DNA of 64,000 bases, from positions 61,194,001 through 61,258,000 of the forward strand of contig CM097887.1 in the NCBI GenBank assembly GCA_044892525.1, in the 5' to 3' direction. Of the stretch, positions 13,914-25,640 are shown piece after piece. Positions within the stretch are counted from its first letter, which is position 1; the number at the start of each line of letters is the position of its first letter. The notes below the pieces were generated by a model. The model was given only the letters and a program-made list of their open reading frames with translations. It made no database searches and was not told the origin of the DNA. The translations under genes were made by a program, and so were the position numbers. The DNA comes from Schmidtea polychroa (lineage: Eukaryota).

Positions 13914-15253
13914 CTTGACAGTTATTGGCAAACTTTAGGCAATAAACGTGGAACAAAACAAATAAATTAATAATTATTTAATGTGAGAATTTTTGTTATT
14001 ATTAATGTTTTTTAAATAATAAAGTGTTTTTGAGTTTAAGAATGTTTGTTTTTAAAATTCACCCATTGATCCCGAAATTTCCCTTAACGCGATCATGTCT
14101 AGAACGTATCTCCTGTATATGATTTTATAACTTTATAATTCTTTTTTAAAAAATACTGCTTTAGTCTTACCGTAAATAAAATTTAATTATTGTAGTATCA
14201 AATATCGAATGTATGCTTGTAGTNNNNNNNNNNNNNNNNNNNNNNNNNNNNNNNNNNNNNNNNNNNNNNNNNNNNNNNNNNNNNNNNNNNNNNNNNNNNN
14301 NNNNNNNNNNNNNNNNNNNNNNNNNNNNNNNNNNNNNNNNNNNNNNNNNNNNNNNNNNNNNNNNNNNNNNNNNNNNNNNNNNNNNNNNNNNNNNNNNNNN
14401 NNNNNNNNNNNNNNNNNNNNNNNNNNNNNNNNNNNNNNNNNNNNNNNNNNNNNNNNNNNNNNNNNNNNNNNNNAAAACTGAATTCATAGAAAAGCAATAA
14501 GCAATTAAAATTTGTAAAATGGATTAGTGATAGAAAAGATAACGAAGAATAGCATGGTGAAATGGAAAGTATCCAAAAGCGATTGGAAGTGTCAATAGCA
14601 CAAAATTATATTTAATTAATTAAAGAAAATCCAATTTGAGCAAGCTAAATAAACTTGTCTTTCGGGATAATTATAATTTTATAATATGATTAAAGTGAGT
14701 GGATAAGGAAAGTTTAATGATAGGCAAACGTATAACAAAGTAGTTAATTATTTTAATTTTCAGATGAAATTGTAAACGAAAGACTGTCTCATAAATATCA
14801 AGATAGAAATTGGTTAGGCCGAAAGTTATTAATCAGGCAGTTTGTAGTACTATAAAAAGTGAGGCTAAATTAGAAGTACGGCTTTATGCATTAGATCATA
14901 TAAAAGAAAATAAGATTAGAAATTTGTGTGTCAGTAGATTAATATGAATATTGAAGAATCTTTTGAGTAGTTATCCATTAAGGTAAATATTATTGTTGAA
15001 TTGAGATGAGTTTCTGCATCTTGCTGCATTGTCTTGTTTTATAAGATACATGCAATTTATTGATGAATATGTTGGGTGAGTTTGCTATTACAGAGCACGA
15101 GGAACCAGTAATTGATCGACGATTATTATTTATTAATTTTTACACGATAAATAATTTTCTTGCTACATTTTATATTCATAAAATTAATTAAATGTCTGAG
15201 TTATATAAAAATATTAGCAAATATAAAATTTAATTGTGTTGTATAACAATTGG

Positions 15254-15788
15254 ACTAATTTATAATCTTTATTTCTTACGAAAATTTCCTAGTAATAAAA
15301 TTTATTTATAAAAGCTTTTATTTTGTAAATTTGCATTCGCATTATATCTTGACTGTCCAGGGTGACTTTGTTGATAGATTATCATAAATTATTTGCTAAC
15401 ATCTAGTTACCATTGTTGTGTTGAAATTACACAGCACTTGTTTCATTTGACGGTCAATGACATAATCAAGTCTTTGAAATTATTTATAACTGGCTGGTGT
15501 TATATTTTTCTTTCTCTTTAAATTTTTAAAATTTACTTTAAAATGACTAATTTATAATTTTTATTTCTTACGAAAATTTCTTACTAGTTAAATTTATTTA
15601 TAAAAGCTTTCATTTTGTAGTTTTGCATTCGCATTATATCTTGACTGTCCAGGGTGACTTTGTTGATAGATTATCATAAATTATTTGCTAACATCTAGTT
15701 ACCAATGTTGTGTTGAAATTACACAGCACTTGTGTCATTTGATGGCCAATAACGCAATGAAGACTTTGAAATAATTTATAACTAGCTA
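15254..15788. repeat. Tandem direct duplication, ~245-bp homologous block with 291-bp period
   Basis: GACTAATTTATAAT...CTTGACTGTCCAGGGTGACTTTGTTGATAG...ATTTATAACT occurs at 15254 and 15545 with few substitutions. Confidence 0.9.
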
Positions 15789-16894
15789 ATTAACCTCAAT
15801 ATACAAAAATGTATGTAGTCGGAATTAAAAATTACAAATTGTTTTAATGGAAATATTTTGGATAGCTATATTTTAGCGTATGCTTATCAGACAAGAGATC
15901 AAAATTTGTCAAAAGTTATGATACATATGTTTTGCTTCATAACGTCACAGAAAATTAATTTTTAGTTTTGTCACCCCAGTGTTATATTTTAGTTATATTT
16001 ATATTCTAGTTGTCGATTTGGTGTTATATTTTTCATTCTCTTAAAATTTTTTAAATTTAGTTAAATTAAAATCAAGAGTTTATTTCAATGTTCTGAATTG
16101 GCTGCACATATTATCATTAATTTGACTTTAATTGTAGAGGGTGAATTGCAGCGAATACATCTTTCAGGAGATTTGTATGGGATGGAAAATATAGTGTTTT
16201 TAAAAATTTCCTTAATAGTTCTAAAAAATATGAAACTCTAAATGAAAGTAATGAAACCAAATAACTAAGCCAATAAAATGGAATCCTAAATCAAAATTCC
16301 AATTTTCAATATCAATTTAACTTTAGATTTTAATTTCCATTTCTAATTAGTTTGAAATATTATTTTATTTCGATTATAAAAAATGTTTTTCCCGTGGAAT
16401 GTATGTATATATTCAGAGTATCAGTTCCTGATCCAGACCCAATAAAAACAATTTCTGACATGGGATACAACAGTTCAGATCAAAATTTGACGCTACTGGT
16501 AGATTGTAACTATGATATCCAAAGGTTTGTTGATGAATACCATAGAAGATCTTTAATGGAATAACAATCTATGAATTTTCTATTTATCAAATCTATACGA
16601 TCATTTGTCAAACAAAAATTTTAAATAAGAAGTCAATAATTTTATTTTTGATATAATATATAGAATTATTTTTAATCTTATAAATCAGTAGTTTCCATTG
16701 TATAGGTCTCAGGTATTTGTCTTGTATATGTCTTCACTTAGGCGAACTGAAGCCATCACCTCAGGGCGCCAAGCAAAATGGGGTGCTTATATTTAGTAAA
16801 TAAGAAAAAAATACTGGTTTTCTGTATACGAAAAATTAAAAAAAATCTTAAGTTATGTTGGGCTAGAACTGATTTCTAGACCCAAACTTATAAT

Positions 16895-17518
16895 TGTGAC
16901 TGAAATGTGTAGGTACACAACATGCAAAAAGCAAAAAGTATAGTTAAATAGTAAAATTACACCAAATAAACAATATTAATTAAAGGAGAAAACAACAAAA
17001 GCATAAACACAGAAATTAAATAAAATTATACCAAAAGCAAGAAGTTATGCAACATCGAACTCAAAAATAACCAAATAAACATAGAGTTACAAAAAACAAA
17101 CTCGAATAACTTAAAAGACGGTAAAAATAGAAAAAAAATTCCAGAAAAACCCAGAACATTCCATAAAAATGGCGATGACCATCACAAAAACCATCTAAAA
17201 CCATAAAAAGGAGAGAAAATAAATAAATTAGTATTAAAAATAAAAAAATCTTAAAAAGAAATTCGTAAAATATCAGTTAAAAATAAAAATTAAACTAAAA
17301 GTAATATGGAATGTTCTGGAACCGTTCCAAATCCATCATGGACGTAAAAATAACAAGAAATAATTAAAAAATAAAAATTATGGCACTAAAATTGCCATTA
17401 AAAATATCAAAACTACAAAATAGAAAATTCTGGAATAAAAAGAATTCGAGTTTGTTTTAATGCATCAATACATACACGTGTAGAAAATAGGTATATATAC
17501 CGACGCATTTTAGTCACA
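16895..17518. mobile_element. Putative solo LTR (TG...CA, ~620 bp)
   Basis: Terminal inverted repeat TGTGACTGAAAT / ATTTTAGTCACA (11/12 match). Strong strand asymmetry and GGAATGTTCTGGAA/TTCCAGAA motifs are typical of LTRs. No TSD found. Confidence 0.55.
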
Positions 17519-17669
17519 ATCAAATCTTTTTGTATGCCAAAAATTTTCGCAGCAAATTTAAACAACACCGAAAGTAAGGACTATTGTCTGCATATATTTT
17601 ATAATTGTTATCTTATTATTCTGTTTTATTATATTGATTATTATTATCTTTTTGTCTTTTTATTCTACT

Positions 17670-18000
17670 ATTACGAAACAAGAGTGACCAGCATCGTCGC
17701 TGACGGGTTATAGTCACGATACTGATCAGCCTTATTTCCAACTACTATTTCACATGCACAAATTCGGGTCTACGACCCTACATGCACAAAATTTCATTTT
17801 CTTTTAACCGGAAGGTCGCCACGAACAAATGGTTTCTAACCAGGAGTAGGGCGGGTAAATCCATCCAGGTAGTTGGCATAGTCGTAGGGACTATGCGGAC
17901 GAAATAAAATTTGGGAAAGTAATCGCGGGAAACATAATACAATAAGGCCTATCGTACCGTATTCAGTTGAGTCGGGAAAGTAGGAAAATTTTAATTAAAT
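17670..18000 (+). other. GC-richer, hairpin-dense non-coding island (structured leader?)
   Basis: Stems: GTGAC..GTCAC enclosing CAGC/GCTG; GGGTC-TAC-GACCC (17766-17778); GGTT-TCT-AACC; GCATAGTC-GTAGG-GACTATGC (17876-17896). Confidence 0.5.
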
Positions 18001-18356
18001 CGACCTTTCGGTAAATCACATACATAAAATGTACACTCAAACATTCTATGGGAAATACGTCATTAGGAACATCTAAACGGGAAATATCCCAGACTCAAAT
18101 TATCACAAAAGTTCTCAAGTAGTCGGCTAATTGCACAAACTATTATTCAGTATGCTCAATATTAACTATCATTAATAAACTACTAATATTATTTATAATT
18201 TTATTCAATCATAAATGTAATCTAGGCCACGTTCGATGGTGTATTATTATAAACTAAAATCATTTCGTAAAATTTTCATACTTACCTTCATATGTATTGA
18301 AATTTAGCTTATATAAAATCTTTAAAGATTTTTTTTGTGTGTCCTAATAATACCAT

Positions 18357-18773
18357 CATCTTTGGGATCATTATTATTATCATTATTAATTTTCTTAAAA
18401 TTACATTAATAAAGTTTATGTCATTACCCTATAATAGCATATATCAGTGTATTAAACTTTATTAATATATATTTAACTTACATTATGTTTAGAAAATTAT
18501 AAATTTTCTTAAATGACCCCCACCCCGAAATATATATTCATTACCCATTACACAAATATCCCAAATGAACTTATTCTAATATATATTTGGATTGTAGTAT
18601 GTTAAAAATGATAATTTATCAATTTTCATCTTAGGATCATAATTATTATCATTATTAATTTTCTTAAAATTACATTAATAAAGTGTATGTCATTACCCTA
18701 TAATAGCATATATAAGTATATTAGACTTTCTTAATATATATTTGACTTACATGATGTTTAGAAAATCATAAAT
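18357..18773. repeat. Direct repeat, ~147-bp block with 270-bp period
   Basis: CATCTT.GGATCAT...GTCATTACCCTATAATAGCATATAT...GTTTAGAAAAT at 18357 and 18627. Confidence 0.9.
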
Positions 18774-19904
18774 ACATAACTGTCCTAAATTACCTTATTT
18801 TAATTGTAACAGGTTAAAAAGGATAATTCGTAAATTTTCATAACTGCCCCTTGCACAAATTGACTTGTTGTAATATAGATTTAACTTGCAATATATCTAG
18901 AATAATTACTTATAAATTTTTATAAATGGCCCTTTTTGATTCCTATGGTCTTTAATGATTACCTAGAAGTATTTGTTTAATCTGCTTCTAGGCCTAGTTA
19001 GCTTACATTACTTTAGAAATATCATTGTATATCTCAGAGCGAAAAATGAGTCCATAACTTTCCGAAAATGATTCCCCGTATGTGGTAACCTTATAAACTA
19101 CGAATTTACATTTATTATTATTATCATCATTAGNNNNNNNNNNNNNNNNNNNNNNNNNNNNNNNNNNNNNNNNNNNNNNNNNNNNNNNNNNNNNNNNNNN
19201 NNNNNNNNNNNNNNNNNNNNNNNNNNNNNNNNNNNNNNNNNNNNNNNNNNNNNNNNNNNNNNNNNNNNNNNNNNNNNNNNNNNNNNNNNNNNNNNNNNNN
19301 NNNNNNNNNNNNNNNNNNNNNNNNNNNNNNNNNNNNNNNNNNNNNNNNNNNNNNNNNNNNNNNNNNNNNTTATTATTACTGCTATTAGTGTTGTTACCAT
19401 TAACATTTTCACCCTTGTCATTACCATTACTATTACCACTATCATTATTATTACGTTATTAAAATAATTATTATTTTTTTAAATTAAAATTTTAGCTAAA
19501 ATTATTGATTTTTGGGATCCCCCTATGTCTAAATTTAATCGCAATGACCCTACCCTCCAATAAAATTTCAGGAAACTACTGAAATCTATTTTTAGTAACA
19601 ACCCTCCCCCCCGGAAAACGACGTTAGGATCAATAATTTAAATTTAAGTTATGTAGTTATATATGGATATGTGTGTATGTCCGCGTCTGTACAAGTGTTT
19701 ACCCATATTAATAATAGCCTCATAGAAGTATGGTTGCCTCCCAGATCAACGGAGACTGAAACACTTTAGTTCCTTTATCTACCCCAGAAAAATAAAATTA
19801 TGCCGAAGTTACCTTAGAAAACTGAACTATTTGCTTAGGATTATTTAAAAATTAAAAAACTCAAAAATCTAGCTCAATTTATTAACCAAAATGACAAAGT
19901 GAAA

Positions 19905-20405
19905 ATGGAAAACGACATGAATAAATAGGAATACAAATTTAAATCACTTCGGAGGCTCGCTTCGCGAGAATTATCTGACCAATTACTCCCATCACTGTAA
20001 ATTCACGAGAACAACTGAACAATCCCTGAACCTCCTCGAGTGCAAGTAGTGAACTTAAAATTCCAGGGTGTAGACCCGAAATCTGAAATAATTATTAATT
20101 CCCAGCTATACCCTCGCAAATTCAGAACGCTGGCCTATTCTGAACTCCCATCAAACAGTGGCATCTCGAATTTATTATCTAAGTTGTCATCTTCAAATTG
20201 AAAAGTTTGGAGATTCATTTCTGAAATTATACAAATTTCAAAAATTTCAAAAGCTAATTTACCCGTTAAGTATCCATTGATGAGGGAGCTACTTACAACC
20301 ACTATGGTCAGGGATTCGCAAGAGCTGAATGTAAATTCAGACAATTTACAATATCCGCTTCCCATAGTGGGTCCTAGTAGTATAAATTTTGCCAAAAAAT
20401 TATAA
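19905..20405 (+). pseudogene. Degenerate orphan ORF (cassette gene B, 167 codons, 4 internal stops)
   Basis: One frame from ATG 19905 to TAA 20405 in a GC-enriched island. The N-terminal SLRRLASRELSDQLLPSL resembles a BC-box. The coding call is tentative. Confidence 0.35.
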
Positions 20406-20765
20406 ATAGAGAATTCTAAAAATTATTAAATGAAAGATAATATTTGAATTAGTATAAATTGGTATAAATAGTTAGATTAAATCTTTGAATGATTTAAACA
20501 ACCACTATTGGAAGTTTGATTTGTAAAATTTTAAATGCTCATTTCTACTGTATCAATCATTAGTTCATCGAAACCAAGCTCATGGATTTCCACTTTAAAC
20601 ATACGAACTGCAATTCTGTAACTGATACTTATAATTTGAATTTTATAATTCTCTAGCCAACCTGAATTACATCGAAAATCAAAAAGGGGAAAATTAATTG
20701 GCACATTAAGTTCATTTTTTCACCACCTAAAATATCATTGCAATACGGGTCACGTTTGAATTTAA

Positions 20766-21353
20766 ATGCAACAGTGCGTTAAACGTCTTGGGGTAACCAG
20801 ACGTAGACGAGCGAATAGAAATTTTACTAATATGTTCTCTTAATATCTCAGGCATGCCTACTATTAGCCCAGAAGACAGCCACGCGAATCCTTCGGCATC
20901 TACATCCAGACTCAACCTAAACCACGCGGAGGTAGACGAAGTCGTCAGATTGACCAGGAGGAAGAACTCACTCGCCTGAGGTCCAGGTGGATCTGGTATA
21001 AGATTCATGATTGGACCTACCAGAATGTGGTCCCGGTGATCCCGAAGGTGGAGCCGTATATCAACTATACTTCATTGGCTTTGAGCGACGCATTCGACGA
21101 TGCGAAGGAGGCGGTGGACCGGTTGCATCGGCTCGAAACATCAGTCCTGGCCGGCGAGCTGGAAGACATCGACGGCTACGCCCGAGCCCAATGCCATCCA
21201 AAGCGGACCGCAGCTCTTCGCCGGGGGCTGGAATGCCCAAGAAGTCCTCGACGGGGATCGGAACAGTTGAGAAAACGCGGGCGCCCACGAAAAACCGCCA
21301 GCTCAGCCAAGGAGATTACCGAACTGAAAACTAGCGCTGTACGACATCCCTAA
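20766..21353 (+). pseudogene. Orphan AT-hook protein gene (cassette gene C), probably spliced, with one early stop
   Basis: Frame open from ~20868 to 21353: PRRQPRESFGIYIQTQPKPRGGRRSRQIDQEEELTRLRSRWIWYKIHDWTYQNVVPVIPKVEPY...QLRKRGRPRKTASS. Candidate intron GTGCGT (20774) or GTAACC (20793) ... TACTAAT ... CTCAG (20851). Sequence is GC-rich. Confidence 0.55.
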
Positions 21354-21362
21354 CATCTGTGT

Positions 21363-21641
21363 TGTGACTGAAGTCTTGTGATAAAAATAATTATCATGTA
21401 ATGACTCCGTTATTAATGTACCTTGCGATATTGTGTACTGGGTTAGATCACTTTGACCCAGAATTAAAATAATATTCGTTATGTCTTAGTAGTTTGTATT
21501 TAGTTAAATGTTTGGTTGGGTTTTGGTTGTCGATATTAATTTAATTGTGTGTATTGCTTGATTCTTGGTAATGTTCTTAGCGTTAACTATTATTATTATC
21601 GACTACAATTTTCCGTAACATTGACAGCCGATAGGGTTTGA
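21363..21641 (+). mobile_element. Putative 5' LTR (21363-21620) plus degenerate tRNA-Ser-type PBS
   Basis: Begins TGTGACTGAA and ends TTCCGTAACA (imperfect inverted termini). It is followed by TTGACAGCCGATAGGGTTTGA, similar to the tRNA-Ser PBS TGGCGCAGTCGGTAGGAT of 17.6/297-type Gypsy elements. No second LTR seen. Confidence 0.45.
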
Positions 21642-21769
21642 TAAGATTCATAGAACTCGGTTTTGGTGCGCGTAGGGGAGGGCTGCGACGAGGAGATTAC
21701 ATTCATTTAGTATTAATAACGTGCGTCACTCAATGCTGAGGTGAAAATTTCTAATGTTGTTTATTTTAG

Positions 21770-22238
21770 TGTTAAAACTCCTGGAAGAAATGCGAGCAGA
21801 TAGAGAGAATAGAGAGAATACCGGGCCAAGCTGGCACGAATCAAGGCCCATTGTCGGAACTTCGAGAGTACCTGGTTCCCGCCAGTAGAGATGAAAAAGC
21901 GGATGAAACTGATCACTCAACTGCAACTCCAGAGTGCCCAAGATCAGGTTGAGTTGCGGGCCCTCCGCCTTAGAGTGAAGGAGCTGGAGATCAAAGTTCT
22001 CCAACAGGATCTCGACCGAGATGTCATATCCAAAGTCCGGCCCATGAGTGAGCTGCTCCACAACCCAAAGGAGCGCGCATCACTGAAAGTCCCGAGGAAG
22101 AAGATCCGACCGGGTAAAGCGGCGCGGGCGAGAATGAGACAAGCCAGCCAAGCCCAATTAACACATCATTCTGCGGTGTCAGAGCCTACTCCGAAGGAAT
22201 CATCCACGACACTAAAATTTTGGAATGTGTTCTCCTAA
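21770..22238 (+). pseudogene. Orphan coiled-coil/basic protein gene (cassette gene D) with E-x-TWF-x-P motif
   Basis: Candidate intron 21721-21769 (GTGCGT..CTAAT..TTTTAG). A frameshift occurs near 21810 (AGAGAGAAT duplication), then an open frame EYRAKLARIKAHCRNFESTWFPPVEMKKRMKLITQLQ...KELEIKVLQQDLDRD...RKKIRPGKAARARMR to TAA 22238. AATAAA follows the stop. Confidence 0.6.
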
Positions 22239-22477
22239 TAAATATTTATTGGTGTATTCATATCTGGGCATTTCGATTTTACCATAACGTTGATTATCAT
22301 AACGGGGACTAAAAGAAACCGGACATAGGCCTTCTATCGGCAGTCCGTGAACCCCAGTGGGTGCTAGACAATTATAGTATGCTAGGCATGCTCACTTTTT
22401 GCTAGTACCCAAACCCTTGATACAGTACCAACGTTGATTACTCAACGGGTATCAAGTGGTCAGCTATAAATTGTATC

Positions 22478-22539
22478 CTGGGTTACGCTGCAAACAGCAG
22501 GAGTAGGTAGAAACTTTGAAAGTACCTGTAACCCACCAG
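22478..22539 (+). ncRNA. Predicted compact three-way-junction RNA structure, function unknown
   Basis: GGGTTAC (22480-86) pairs with GTAACCC (22528-34), enclosing GCTG-CAAA-CAGC and AGGTA...TACCT hairpins joined by an AGGAGT linker. Confidence 0.4.
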
Positions 22540-22869
22540 TTATTTCGTATTTAAATTGTCAAAAAAATTTATCGGTTAATGGATTCTGGAAATTTTTTTA
22601 ATTAAATTAACGTAAATTTTAAATTAAAATAACATTTTAAATTATAAAAAACAATGTTAAATTTTTTTGAGATGGGGTGCAATAATATTTTTGGCCTGCC
22701 AGTTAGTCAAAGCTGGCCTTGGTAGGACTCGACTCATTGATGGGCAGCGTGCAAATTGAAAAATATTTTTTAGCAATGTATGCGCAATAATGGAATTTTA
22801 GACATTCACATAAGAATTACTAATTCTATTTAGTTACTTTGTATTTGTTTTCAAACTGTCAAGTTTTTA

Positions 22870-23400
22870 TTTTCAAAGAAGAGAAATCAAATCGAATGTC
22901 CTTGGCTTGGTAGATGGCAGGGCTTTCTCTATTGCTGAAGGAATTTCTAAAGTCCTCGATGAATTTCACCTATGGAATTCAATACAGATGATTGTTGAAG
23001 ATACCATAGCGTTAACACTGGAAAAAAGAATGATGTTGTTGTAATATTGCAACGAATGTTCACAGAGAAACGCATCAACAAACCTTAGTTTATCAATTGT
23101 CAACACCATGTATTAGATAGAATCCTCAGTTTGGTGATGGATGAAGAACTTGGAAGTAAAACACAATCGCCAAACATCGAATATCCATTTATATCTCAAC
23201 TGTTGAAGGAGTACGAACAACTGAAAACACAGTTTGATAACGGAACAGAAGTAATTCTCGAAACATCAGGCTGGAGAGATGATATGAAATTTTTGTTTCA
23301 TCTCACTCGAGTGTTCCGATTTTTTGAGGAAAAGTGACATTTTCCATTGATCAAGTTTAAGAAAATACCCAATTATCCGTCGCCTCAAATGTCATATTGA
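22870..23400 (+). pseudogene. hATm-like DDE transposase fragment
   Basis: Reads MIV.DT..(V)NTGKKN.VV..LQ...C QHHVLDRIL...SPNIEYPF...WRDDMKFL. The DTxxxNTG, CxHH and RDD motifs resemble hATm-type transposases. Frameshifted. Confidence 0.65.
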
Positions 23401-25407
23401 CTATGACTTTCGGATAAAAATTTTTCGTCAAAGATTGAAATTTCACGTTACAATAAAAATATCTATAATTACTCTTAAAATTGGTTTAGATTCATTACGT
23501 AAATAATTATTAAATTGGAAAATAACAAAAATGAAGTCATAAAATATTTATATTTGATTTTCACAATAACAAAATCCTGTTTAAAGATTGCATAAAGTTG
23601 AATATTTAAGAAAACTTAGTAAAAATTTCTGTAATCCAAATAAATAAAGTAATTATCCTTCAATACAAAATTATTTTGTTAAATTTATTAATGAGATAAA
23701 AGCACAATTAAGTTATCAATTATTTGCAAGTTAATAATACAAAAGTAATAAACAGTTTATTATTCATTAAACTATAAATGAAATCACAAATATTATTTAT
23801 ATTATTAAATTAATTAATTTTAATACAATCCATTTGCAATATATCATTTAACAATATGCCATTAAAATTGAATATTAAAACAATTTTCAATTCAAGTAAT
23901 TTTTTTTTCAAGGTAATTTAAATTTTAAAATATAAATTTAGCAAACAGCTATATTTATGTGAATATCCGACGCATACTAAGTGCAATAAATTAAAAATCT
24001 GCATTTTTCAGTACAACATGCATGACAATTGGTTACTGGAAGTTGAAATCTTAAAAAAGTAAATTTTGGTGCAACGCTATTTCTCATAAGACCTAAAATG
24101 AAAAAAAACAAAATGATTAAGTTATTTAAATGATAAGCTATTTAAACTTAACAGAATTCAGGACCATATGATTTTTGAAAACAATTTTCACACAATTTTA
24201 TGAAATAACAGAACAACAATATCGTTATTTTCAAATTCATTAATTAATTTTCTAAAATTAATAATAAATAAAATAAAAACAATATTCTTACATGTTAAGC
24301 AATAAATTAAGTTTATTATGCCATTGAAACGAATTATTATAAACCATTGATTTTATAAATAATATTTTTTAAAAAATTAATAATTAGTAATATTGTTTCT
24401 CAAATTTAAATTAATGTTAAAATTTACGGTCAGTTTAAATGCTATTGAAACAAGCGTTAAATTTCGAATAATATCTCATAAAATTTATTTTGTAAGATAT
24501 TAAATTAATCAATTTATAATTACATTTTTTTATATTAAATTATTTAAATTAAATCTTGGTGTAGTTTATAACTAGGTGCATAAATACTAAATTGACAATT
24601 ATTTTCGTCTGTGGGGTATTTTTTAAGTGAAACGCAATTAGTGGACATGGTATTTTGTTTAACGTTAAAATGAATTAATTCGAATGAAATGTTCCAAAAA
24701 ATTATGGCACCAATCATATGTATTACAAAGTTTTACGAAAAGTGAACATTATTTATAAATGGTCATGAATCAGTTCTTGACAACAAAATTGTAGGGTATT
24801 AATTTTAAAAAATTGTTTGAAAAAAGACCATTAAAAAGGTAAATGTAAAGTTGCCTAATTTATTTTTTGAGTAAAGAGTTACCGTTAATTAACTTGGAAT
24901 AAATATGATTTTGTGAATTATTCTAGGATTTTGATTATTTAATCATTGCCACCGATTTAAATAAAAATGTGGTTGTGATATTTATACAATTTAGAATATC
25001 GTTGTGATTTTCTGTTTTTGTCAAGACGCTTCTAGCCATGTTACATCTATTCGCCCATAATAAACCATTTTAAACCCAAAAATATTTATAATTCTACTAG
25101 TGTTGTTGAATAAGTATTAAACATTCAGTGGTTTTGTTGAAAAATTATGATGATAACAATTATAAACCTGATCAAGTCAATATAAGATCAAACTAATAAA
25201 ACATCAACAAATACAAATTAAATTACAGAAATAGTCATTTTTGAAGAAATATAAAATAATAAGAATTGTAAATACAATAAATTGAAGAAATAAAAATTGT
25301 TAATATATTAAAGATAAATTCAAATTTTTTTAGGGCAAAATTATACACAAAACATTAGCTTAATTTTAAATATAAACTATTTCTATGACTTTATTTATAT
25401 ATATTAA

Positions 25408-25640
25408 CCCTTTCCTATTTTGTGTCTATAAAAATATGACAAAAAAAAATTAACCATTAGACCAATGATTATGCCCAATTGCAACTTGCAAATCGTCAGC
25501 TTCTAAGACACTCCATCTGGAAGAAATGGAAGACAATTTCAGTTGACGAAATGAAAAAAAATAATTTTTTCAAAATTTTTAAAAAATTTTATTAGGATTG
25601 GAACGGGTGGGACACATAAAATAAAGAAGATAGGAAAGGG
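25408..25640. mobile_element. piggyBac-type MITE
   Basis: TTAA|CCCTTTCCTA ... TAGGAAAGGG|TTAA. Confidence 0.85.

Larger units (their letters stand above)
10737..14117 (+). mobile_element. Tigger/pogo-like DNA transposon, degenerate, interrupted by nested insertions
   Basis: Left end CAGTTAACCCCCGTT. 11060-11365 reads across frameshifts and stops as RNVMTL.EKLKIIEIIENG..FTAIG..FKLAESTLR.IV.KRDKIK...RS.LM.EM..L...WI (CENP-B-type HTH). Right subterminal GAACGTATCTCC near 14100. Confidence 0.75.

Noticed and set aside
20727-21334. Overlapping alternative-frame and antisense ORFs over gene C (and likewise over genes D and H)
   Set aside because: They are expected by-products of GC-rich coding DNA and show no motif support.
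22478-22539. Hammerhead ribozyme call for the three-way junction
   Set aside because: The CTGATGA and GAAA core positions are absent; kept only as an unassigned structure.
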